A stretch of 64,000 bases of DNA from a virus. Shown one piece after another: positions 20,597-27,695 of the stretch. Under the pieces are notes generated by a model. It was given only the letters and a program-made list of their open reading frames with translations, did not search any database and was not told the origin of the DNA. Position 1 is the first letter of the stretch, and each line of letters opens with the position of its first letter. A program made the translations under genes and the position numbers. Where the stretch lies: positions 14,890 to 78,889 of IMG/VR virus record IMGVR_UViG_3300032087_004407. One strand, given 5' to 3'.

Positions 20597-21028
20597 ATGA
20601 GTAAAAAGAACTTGATAAGAACGTGGCTAGATCACCCCCCAAAAGGTAGGGTGCAGGTATACTACAACTTGCACAAAAAATGTTTGTCAATTAGGTACAA
20701 AGGAAAAGTAATTGAACACGCTCGCGAAGTTACGTTGACTGATGCGCGTTTTCATGTTCAACCCGCAGGCCGTGCGCGCGTACTTCGTGAAAAGAAAAAG
20801 AACGTGCACGCTTACGTTTCGGGAAAGCTAAAAGAAAGTTTTTGGTTCACGCAAGCACCCGCCTACGTTTGGACTGCTGAAAAGCGCGTGACATACAACC
20901 CATATAAAAACGAAACTTTCGTTGATAAATCAAACAACGAAATCGTAACCAGCGCAGAGGTTGTACATATTGCAGACAAAGTTATAACTGCTGGACAATT
21001 TGATCAAAAAAATCGTCGAGCTTGGTAG
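20597..21028 (+). CDS. Conserved phage hypothetical protein
   Basis: VYYNLHK..LS, GRARVLREKKKNVHAYV, VTYNPYK motifs. Confidence 0.7.
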   Translation: MSKKNLIRTWLDHPPKGRVQVYYNLHKKCLSIRYKGKVIEHAREVTLTDARFHVQPAGRARVLREKKKNVHAYVSGKLKESFWFTQAPAYVWTAEKRVTYNPYKNETFVDKSNNEIVTSAEVVHIADKVITAGQFDQKNRRAW

Positions 21029-21127
21029 GTCGAATTGCAATACAATTAAATAGCAAATCAATAAATAGTAAATACAAAACCTCAAGCACTATGTAAACAA
21101 TTATTAAAAAAATTAAATTTCATAATC

Positions 21128-21164
21128 GGCAGGGGCCCCCCTCCCCCAGCACGAACCGTGCCAG
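21128..21164 (-). repeat. GGGGCCCC element E, fused to a sigma54-like box
   Basis: Minus strand CTGGCACGGTTCGTGCT-GGGGGAGGGGGGCCCC; at the convergence point of the two blocks. Confidence 0.8.
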
Positions 21165-21323
21165 TTACTCGCCAGTCCAGCAAGTATCACCAGCCCAGCC
21201 GAAGTCCTCTGTGTAGACCTCCTCCAACTCCACCTCACCAGCGAAGTCGTGCTGCTTGGCCTCACGCGTCAGAGCCGCGTCCTGCTCATTCATCCAGTCG
21301 ATATGCTTATCCTTTTCACTCAT
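21165..21323 (-). CDS. 52-aa acidic protein (MSEKDKHIDW...), not in the ORF track
   Basis: Translated by hand; own promoter TTGACT..TAAACT. Confidence 0.7.
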   Translation of the reverse strand: MSEKDKHIDWMNEQDAALTREAKQHDFAGEVELEEVYTEDFGWAGDTCWTGE

Positions 21324-21368
21324 AACAAAAACAGTTTAACAGAATTTAAAAAAAAGTCAACTAAAAAA

Positions 21369-21560
21369 TTAACCCGCCATGGAATCATCCCAGACGACCT
21401 CACCCTTGAACGTGACGCACGCGCCATTGTCAAAGGCCAACTTGATGGCTTTTTCAAGACCATCGTGAGAACGCGGAAAACCAGCAGTGCCAAGCTCCCA
21501 CTCCACCTGATACATATCAGCCAACATTTCGTCGAACGAGTTCAGTTTCATATCTCTCAT
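21369..21560 (-). CDS. Small protein sharing the SH(D/E)GLExAI motif with the acidic paralogues
   Basis: FPRSHDGLEKAI vs FPKSHEGLEDAI; own promoter. Confidence 0.7.
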   Translation of the reverse strand: MRDMKLNSFDEMLADMYQVEWELGTAGFPRSHDGLEKAIKLAFDNGACVTFKGEVVWDDSMAG

Positions 21561-21638
21561 AACGGAAAACAGTATATCACACTTTCAGATAATTGCAAGC
21601 ATTTTTTTGCATTTTTATTTATTTTTTTTACACGCAAC

Positions 21639-21691
21639 TTGGCACGACATCTGCTGGGGAGGCGGGGCCCCCGTGATGATAAAATTACAAT
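21639..21691 (+). repeat. GGGGCCCC element F (sigma54-like box; near-identical to G)
   Basis: TTGGCACGACATCTGCTGGGGAGGCGGGGCCCC...GATGAYAAAATTACAAT. Confidence 0.9.
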
Positions 21692-21706
21692 ATTTTTATA
21701 CGGCGA

Positions 21707-22000
21707 TTAGTACTCGCAATCGTAGCATCCGCCGTAGTCCTCATCCATACCCCAGCCCGCGCTGGCCAACGCATCCGCGTCAGCTTCCGCGTCAGAGTTG
21801 AAGCCGTCCCACGGCTCGTCTGCATCAAAAGACCCAGAATCCTCAAACGACCAGACCAACTCGGTCTCACCGTCACGCTCACACATAACGTCAGCACCAA
21901 TTTCATTGGCAGCTTCAATCGCGTCCTCAAGCCCGTCATGGCTTACGTCAAACATACGGTGCAAACCGTCCTCGTCAATTACATAGTACATATTACTCAT
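21707..22000 (-). CDS. Small acidic protein, paralogue of 16333..16611
   Basis: 29 D/E in 97 aa; shared C-terminal motif. Confidence 0.8.
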   Translation of the reverse strand: MSNMYYVIDEDGLHRMFDVSHDGLEDAIEAANEIGADVMCERDGETELVWSFEDSGSFDADEPWDGFNSDAEADADALASAGWGMDEDYGGCYDCEY

Positions 22001-22033
22001 AACAAAAAAAGTCTACCAGAATTTTAAAAAAAG

Positions 22034-22189
22034 TCAAGCACATTCAGGGCATGACTCAAAAAACTTACACCAGCACCGATCATCGGCCTCGTCTTCGACA
22101 TTGTCGAAACCGTTCGGGACGGTCACACCAGCGACCCATGCATCGGACTCCATCTCAAACACCTCTTCACAAGTAATCATATCTCTCAT
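22034..22189 (-). CDS. 51-aa acidic Cys-rich protein (MRDMITCEEV...), not in the ORF track
   Basis: Translated by hand; own promoter TTGACT..TATACT. Confidence 0.7.
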   Translation of the reverse strand: MRDMITCEEVFEMESDAWVAGVTVPNGFDNVEDEADDRCWCKFFESCPECA

Positions 22190-22288
22190 AACGAAAAACA
22201 GTATATCACAATTTCCCGAAAAGTCAACACTAAAAACAAACTTTTTTTCAAAAAATTAACTTTTTTTTCAGTATAAAATCGCTGACAT

Positions 22289-22342
22289 TTGGCACGACAT
22301 CTGCTGGGGAGGCGGGGCCCCATGCGATGACAAAATTACAAT
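22289..22342 (+). repeat. GGGGCCCC element G
   Basis: First 33 bp identical to element F. Confidence 0.9.
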
Positions 22343-22401
22343 GTTTTTTTCTTTCATTTAGGAAGGCGGCTAGGATTAACCTAGCCACCTTCCATCGAAC
22401 C

Positions 22402-22611
22402 CTACATGATGTTGATGCCTTGGCGTTTGAACCATCGGCGCAACTCGTGTATCGCCTTTTCGCTCGGGTGAGCGAGGTACGGCGTAACCTCTGGGTTTGG
22501 GGAAAAGTAGAACGTGCCTTTCCTTGTAGGCTCGAGACGAAAGCCCAGCTTTAGTGCTTTGCGCTCGATTTTTTTGTAGGTAGAAGATTGATGCTTGTTT
22601 GCCATACTCAA
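22402..22611 (-). CDS. Small basic protein, possibly HicA-like fold
   Basis: LKLGFRLEPTRKG.FYFSP...HPSEKAI..LRRWFKRQG; hairpin 22361-22393 downstream. Confidence 0.35.
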   Translation of the reverse strand: MSMANKHQSSTYKKIERKALKLGFRLEPTRKGTFYFSPNPEVTPYLAHPSEKAIHELRRWFKRQGINIM

Positions 22612-22629
22612 TTATTCTTTGTAACATTA

Positions 22630-23493
22630 TTATTTGCCGAAGTAGTCGTGATCTTCGAAGATGTTGTCAATTCCGATAACCTCCCACACGTCGCCGTTTG
22701 TCCATTCGTTATTGAACTGCTCGGCCTTAAACAGTTTGTCCATGTCCTCTAGTCTTGTTTCGATGGGAAACGTGGTGTGAACTCGGGTGCAGCCTGCGTG
22801 GATGTGCTGGCCTGTAAACTCAGGGTTTCTGCGTGTCTTGAACACTACCTTCCAGAATGTCTTTCTTTCTCTCATAACTTCAAACAGTCTATCACAATTT
22901 TCTCTAAAAGTCAACTCTTTTTTTCAACTTTTTTACCATTCCACAACTCGGAACCATTCGCCCTTTACGCGCCTATTTAATGGCGTGTAACTTGTCCACT
23001 CTTTCAAGGGAATCTCTTTGACTGTCCGCACTCCATCAACCCAAGGTCCCATGACCTTAACCGTTTTTTCTTTCATATTCTTATCTCTCATAACTTCAAA
23101 CAGTCTATCACAATTCTTTTCAAAAGTCAACACTTTATTTCATCTTTTTTTTCATGTGGTCAGCCCATTCTTTGGCTCGCCTTTCGCGGTCTGCGATTGC
23201 CAACATTGGAAAATCTTTGTCCTTTTGTGTTGGTGGTAGTGTGAACATTCCGCGTTTGAATTGTTCCCACGTTGGGCGGTCGATTGGGTGAATGTTTTCC
23301 CATGCTCGTTTCAGTTCTTTTCGTTGTTCTATTTCTCTCATGTCGGTTTCTAGTATACAGATTTTTTTGATAAAGTCAAGTCTTAAAACGGTATTTTGTT
23401 GACTAAAAAGTCCACCGCTTTTTCGATGAATTCGTTCGTGGCATCAACCGCCTTTTCGATTTTGTCATTTAGAGCGTCTATCACGTTCAACAT
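22630..23493 (-). other. Four tiny single-promoter ORFs (22630..22875, 22933..23091, 23135..23341, 23383..23493)
   Basis: Each has its own TTGACT promoter and a very short leader; the 32-bp promoter/start unit is duplicated at 22868-22899 and 23084-23115. Confidence 0.7.
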
Positions 23494-23568
23494 GCGTATA
23501 TTAAACCACAGATTGGCCCGAAAGTCAAGAGTTAATTTCACTTTTTTTTCTTTTTTTTTATCTGATAA

Positions 23569-23620
23569 TGAGACACAGTCTCAACGCGGCGGGGCCCCGC
23601 CCGAGGGCGGGTGTGTCAAC
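23569..23620. repeat. GGGGCCCC element H, with 7-1-7 box
   Basis: TGAGACACAGTCTCA-ACGCG-GCGGGGCCCCGC-CCGAGGGCGG...TGTCAA. Confidence 0.8.
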
Positions 23621-23626
23621 TACTTT

Positions 23627-24142
23627 TTATAGTTTATAAAAAGCGTGCTGACCGATCACCTTGACTGGCTTCTGTCCTTTTGCCCAGTACGGTTTCTTTT
23701 TCATCCACGTTGCGTGGTAGTGGTTAGCGTAGCCAATGAAGTCACGTGACAAACTCTTGACGTTCTTCGCCACGGTGATGGCGTACTTCGCCTGTGGTGT
23801 CTTGAGTAGATGCTCAAGATCTTTAACACTCTTGCCATTCCAGCAACTGAACTGCCATTTCTTAAGACAAACTTCTGTTGGTGTTTGTTTACGTTCAAAC
23901 GCTCGCTGCGCTATGCACGCACCAACCGCATACATACCAGCCTCACCTTCACCCCTAGCCTCTGCTAGTATAGTGATGGCAACCACCTTAACCTCATGAG
24001 TTAACTGATGATTTTTATGTGTGTGATTAGCTTGTGCGCTAGTCCACCACAACAAGCAACTGCTTACAGTCAACGCCGTGGCGCAAGTACGTGGCATCTT
24101 GTAACCTATCTTGATTAGCTTCAACAAAACCTTGGGAAACAT
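23627..24142 (-). CDS. SleB-like cell wall hydrolase (Hydrolase_2) with a probable signal peptide
   Basis: AITILAEARGEG, WQFSCWN, ANHYHA, PYWA, IGQHAFY. Confidence 0.85.
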   Translation of the reverse strand: MFPKVLLKLIKIGYKMPRTCATALTVSSCLLWWTSAQANHTHKNHQLTHEVKVVAITILAEARGEGEAGMYAVGACIAQRAFERKQTPTEVCLKKWQFSCWNGKSVKDLEHLLKTPQAKYAITVAKNVKSLSRDFIGYANHYHATWMKKKPYWAKGQKPVKVIGQHAFYKL

Positions 24143-24234
24143 AGTAATTCTTTTTTTTAAGTTTATGATTTTTTTTATCTACTAAAGCGAAGGCGGGAAT
24201 GTCTCCGCTTACCATTGTCAACAACCAACCGAGG

Positions 24235-24495
24235 TCAGAGGATGTCGTCATCCTCCTCCTCGTCGTCGGTGTACTCGTCGTATAGCTCGCGGAAGGCGGG
24301 AGACAATGCGCTCATGTCGCAAGTGTTCTCGTCGCGCTCGTCGAACCAATCGTCATCTGGCGTAGTGCCAAGAATGTCGCGTTCGCAATCTACCTCGTCC
24401 TGTGTCGCGTACGTCACGGCGAAGTCCTCGATGGGGTCAATGTTATAGTCGTCCATAACTTCGTTTAATGTACCAGAAAAATTGTCCATTGTCAA
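24235..24495 (-). CDS. Extremely acidic small protein
   Basis: 31 D/E versus 3 R in 86 aa. Confidence 0.7.
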   Translation of the reverse strand: MTMDNFSGTLNEVMDDYNIDPIEDFAVTYATQDEVDCERDILGTTPDDDWFDERDENTCDMSALSPAFRELYDEYTDDEEEDDDIL

Positions 24496-24505
24496 CCTTT
24501 TATTT

Positions 24506-24679
24506 TTATTCTTCCAAGTATTTCACGCAGTCCTCAACAGACCAATCGTTTCTCATGGCCCATTCAACCGCACCTTCAACGTCGCAGTATTGGCGCACTT
24601 CGTCGCACACCAAAGACTCAACTTCAGCCAAGAACTTCTGGGAGTTCAACTCGTTCATCGTATGTGGATTATCTCTCAT
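24506..24679 (-). CDS. 57-aa acidic protein (MRDNPHTMNE...), not in the ORF track
   Basis: Translated by hand; own promoter TTGACT..TATACT. Confidence 0.7.
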   Translation of the reverse strand: MRDNPHTMNELNSQKFLAEVESLVCDEVRQYCDVEGAVEWAMRNDWSVEDCVKYLEE

Positions 24680-24733
24680 AACGGGAATCAGTATATCAGA
24701 TTTTTTTTAAAAGTCAACCTTTTTTTAGTTTTT

Positions 24734-24916
24734 TTATCCCCAGTCGCCTTGCTGGCGGCGCTTTTGGGTGAACCAGAACATTTCCGCATTAGCTTTGCGC
24801 TTGCGCTCAGCTAGCTCGACCTCCTGTGCCTCGATGGCATCATTCTGCCACTCATCACACATTGCATTCAACTCGAAGATCTCTTCACAACTCAGGTTAT
24901 CAAACGTAGTATTCAT
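24734..24916 (-). CDS. Small hypothetical protein, first gene of the leftward block
   Basis: Promoter TTGACT..TTTAAT at about 24962-24990. Confidence 0.6.
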   Translation of the reverse strand: MNTTFDNLSCEEIFELNAMCDEWQNDAIEAQEVELAERKRKANAEMFWFTQKRRQQGDWG

Positions 24917-25033
24917 TTTTTTATTCGTTAGGCGGTGGGCTTTCCCTCACTCGCTGGAAACATTAAACCATGGATTGAGGAAAAAGTCAACACCTAAAAC
25001 AACTTTTTTTTATTTTTTTTTCGTGCGTCGCAG

Positions 25034-25050
25034 AGCACGTGCCGTGCCAA
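25034..25050 (-). promoter_or_regulatory. sigma54-like -24/-12 box
   Basis: TTGGCACGGCACGTGCT (GG-N10-GC). Confidence 0.55.
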
Positions 25051-25275
25051 CACACCCCGTTTTTTCAAAAAAATTGACGCGTCAGGTGGGGCTACGCAGG
25101 GGTACGGCCTATTTTTCAATATCGACTAGAGTTTCCCACAAACCAAATAAATCTAAACAAAAAAAATAACCCAGCCCAAATCCCCAGAAACCAATTAAAT
25201 AAATTAAAAAATAAAAAGGAAACAACCCGCCGCGAATACTCTAGAATTTCATATTTTTAAATATATTATTAAATT

Positions 25276-25983
25276 ATGGATTGTAAAACTTGTAAAACGT
25301 GTGGAGTAGAAAAATCATTAAGTGAATTTTATAAAAGTAAAAAGTATAAAAATACTCAGTATTATAACTCTTACTGCAAATCATGTAACAGCAAACAAAA
25401 ACAACAATATTATCAAAAAAAAAGAGAAGCAATACTAGCCCGCCAGAAAGAATATGCTGCCGATCCTAAAAATAAAGAGGCAAAACTAGCCTACATGAAG
25501 GAATATAACGCTGATCCCAAAAACAAAGAAAGGCGAAAGAAATATGACGCTGACCCTAAAAACAGAGAAAAAATAAGGGTGCAGCAAAGAAAATGGCACA
25601 AAGAAAGAAGACAATCTGATCCTTTGTATAAGTTAGTATGCAACATAAGAACTCGCATTAGCGTAAGTATCACAAATGCAGGATTCAAAAAAAACAGCAA
25701 AACACACAAAATTTTAAATTGTTCTTTTGAAGAATTTATGTCACACCTTGAAAAACAATTTAACTCAGGAATAACATGGGAAAATTATGGAAAATGGCAT
25801 TTAGATCATATTGTGCCTGTATCATTAGCTTCTACAGAAGAAGAAATAATAAAACTAAATTATTATAAAAACTTTCAACCTATGTGGGGTCCAGAAAATG
25901 AATCTAAAAGCAATAAAATTATGCATGAAATGATAACCCCTGAACTACAAGAAAAATACAAAGAAATACTACAAAGAGTTTAA
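25276..25983 (+). CDS. HNH endonuclease with N-terminal Zn finger and internal K.Y.ADPKN repeats
   Basis: CxxC...CxxC; TWENYGKWHLDHIVP...NFQPMW..EN..KSNK. Confidence 0.8.
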   Translation: MDCKTCKTCGVEKSLSEFYKSKKYKNTQYYNSYCKSCNSKQKQQYYQKKREAILARQKEYAADPKNKEAKLAYMKEYNADPKNKERRKKYDADPKNREKIRVQQRKWHKERRQSDPLYKLVCNIRTRISVSITNAGFKKNSKTHKILNCSFEEFMSHLEKQFNSGITWENYGKWHLDHIVPVSLASTEEEIIKLNYYKNFQPMWGPENESKSNKIMHEMITPELQEKYKEILQRV

Positions 25984-26020
25984 TTGTAGAAATTAACAAC
26001 TTTTCAATATATTATTTTCT

Positions 26021-26380
26021 ATGTCAGATAAATGTTTTGAATGTGGCGCTCCCGCAGAATGTAATCATCATGTTGTACCAAGAAGCCTTGGAGGAACTCA
26101 AACAATACCATTGTGTTTAGTTTGTCACGGAAAAATACATGATAAAGATTTTGTTAAAGCAAAGCGACTGCAAAAAATAGGGTTCGCTAAGGCAAAGGCA
26201 GCAGGCAAACATATAGGCAGATTTTCATCTACCAATGAAGCCCAGGATCGTGAAATAGTTAAAAGATATCAAGACGGCGAAACTTATGAGGAAATTGGGA
26301 AAAAATTCAACATTAGTCGTATGAGTATTTGGCGCAGACTAAAAAAAGCAAATGCAATAAAAGATTCGCAACCTGCGTAA
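26021..26380 (+). CDS. HNH-like zinc domain fused to a resolvase-type HTH
   Basis: CFEC..HHVVPRSLGG...LCLVCH; AKAKAAGKHIGR followed by HTH. Confidence 0.65.
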   Translation: MSDKCFECGAPAECNHHVVPRSLGGTQTIPLCLVCHGKIHDKDFVKAKRLQKIGFAKAKAAGKHIGRFSSTNEAQDREIVKRYQDGETYEEIGKKFNISRMSIWRRLKKANAIKDSQPA

Positions 26381-26421
26381 AAAACAACACGCAAAACTTC
26401 AAAAACCCCAGTAAAATTCAC

Positions 26422-26438
26422 TTGGCACAATATTTGCT
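26422..26438 (+). promoter_or_regulatory. sigma54 (RpoN) promoter of amt
   Basis: TTGGCACAATATTTGCT matches TGGCAC-N5-TTGC; 14 nt before ATG at 26453. Confidence 0.75.
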
Positions 26439-26452
26439 AGTATATTTTGCAT

Positions 26453-27667
26453 ATGACTGAGCTAAAATTCATGGTAGATAATCTTTGGATATTAATCTCT
26501 GCATTATTGGTATTTATAATGCATCTAGGATTTTCTACTTTAGAAGTCGGACTAACAAGACAAAAAAATACCGTCAATGTTTTGTTTAAGAATATGTTTA
26601 TTATAAGCATCGGGTTAATTACATACGCGCTTGTAGGTTTTAATACTATGTATCCTGGTGAATTTAATAACATATTAAGTATCGGCGGTCCAATAGGATT
26701 TGTTGATGCAACTAAAAATCTAACCCATGAATATGGTGATTATACATATTACAGTGATTTTCTGTTTCAAGCAATGTTTGCAGCCACAGGAGCAACAATT
26801 GTATCTGGAGCAGTAGCTGAACGAGTAAAATTAAGTAGTTTTCTTATTTTTGCTGCGTTGTTAGTAGGATTAGCATATCCCATTGCAGGAGCATGGAAAT
26901 GGGGTGGAGGATTTTTAGATGATATGAATTTTTATGATTTCGCGGGCAGCTCTGTAGTTCACGCTTTTGGAGGATTCGCGGCTTTAGCGTGTGCGTGGCT
27001 TTTGGGTGCGCGTGCAGATAAGTATAAAAATAATAAAATAAACGCTCTCAACGGTCATTCTATGCCATTAGTGGCTATCGGAGTGTTCTTGTTGTGGTTT
27101 GGATGGTATGGATTTAATGGTGGCAGTGTTTTATCTGCTGATCCAGCTTCTGTTTCTTTTGTTTTTGTTACAACTTCATTGTCTGCAGCATGTGGAGTAT
27201 TATCTGCAATGTTTATTTCATGGTTTAAAAACAAAAAACCAGATTATACTATCACAGCTAATGGTGCATTAGCAGGTTTAGTAGGTATAACGGCAGGTGC
27301 AGATGTTGTTTCTATATGGTCTGCATGTGCAATCGGATCAATCTCAGGTATACTACTTGTTTTTGGCAGTGATTTAATAGAAAAAATCTTAAAAATTGAT
27401 GATCCAGTTGGTGCAATTACTGTTCATGGTATTTGCGGCGTTTGGGGAACAATCGCGGTTGGTATTTTCAGTGCTGAACACAGCATTTTAATACAAACTG
27501 CAGGATCATTGATAATCAGTGTGTTTGCTTTTGTTTTTTCTTTTGTTGTTTTTGGTGCCCTCAAGAAAACTTTGGGTGTCAGAATCAATGGCGAGCTAGA
27601 ACAAAAAGGTTTAGACATACTAGAACATGGTCATACAGCTTACCCCGACTTCCAAACAAGCTCGTAA
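26453..27667 (+). CDS. amtB: Ammonium transporter (Amt/AmtB family)
   Basis: FQAMFAA, SGAVAER, DFAGSSVVH, WFGWYGFNGGS, IDDPVGAITVHG (twin His), GLD..EHG..AY tail. Confidence 0.95.
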   Translation: MTELKFMVDNLWILISALLVFIMHLGFSTLEVGLTRQKNTVNVLFKNMFIISIGLITYALVGFNTMYPGEFNNILSIGGPIGFVDATKNLTHEYGDYTYYSDFLFQAMFAATGATIVSGAVAERVKLSSFLIFAALLVGLAYPIAGAWKWGGGFLDDMNFYDFAGSSVVHAFGGFAALACAWLLGARADKYKNNKINALNGHSMPLVAIGVFLLWFGWYGFNGGSVLSADPASVSFVFVTTSLSAACGVLSAMFISWFKNKKPDYTITANGALAGLVGITAGADVVSIWSACAIGSISGILLVFGSDLIEKILKIDDPVGAITVHGICGVWGTIAVGIFSAEHSILIQTAGSLIISVFAFVFSFVVFGALKKTLGVRINGELEQKGLDILEHGHTAYPDFQTSS

Positions 27668-27695
27668 TTGTTACAGTGTGTCAAAGGGGGCGCTT

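Noticed and set aside
21128-22321. G-quadruplex or FtsK KOPS (GGGNAGGG) role for the G-rich elements
   Set aside because: Fewer than four G3 tracts per strand; only element E has an exact KOPS match and there is no consistent polarity
21672-22342. Pho box in the ATGAYAAAATTACAAT tail of elements F and G
   Set aside because: The TGTCAT-like half-sites are 8 nt apart rather than 11; kept only as part of the repeat
16083-23620. CRISPR array or integron attC array as the explanation for the GGGGCCCC repeats
   Set aside because: Spacing is 0.5-1.6 kb with whole genes between; flanks vary; no RYYYAAC/GTTRRRY ends, and no cas or integrase gene in the window
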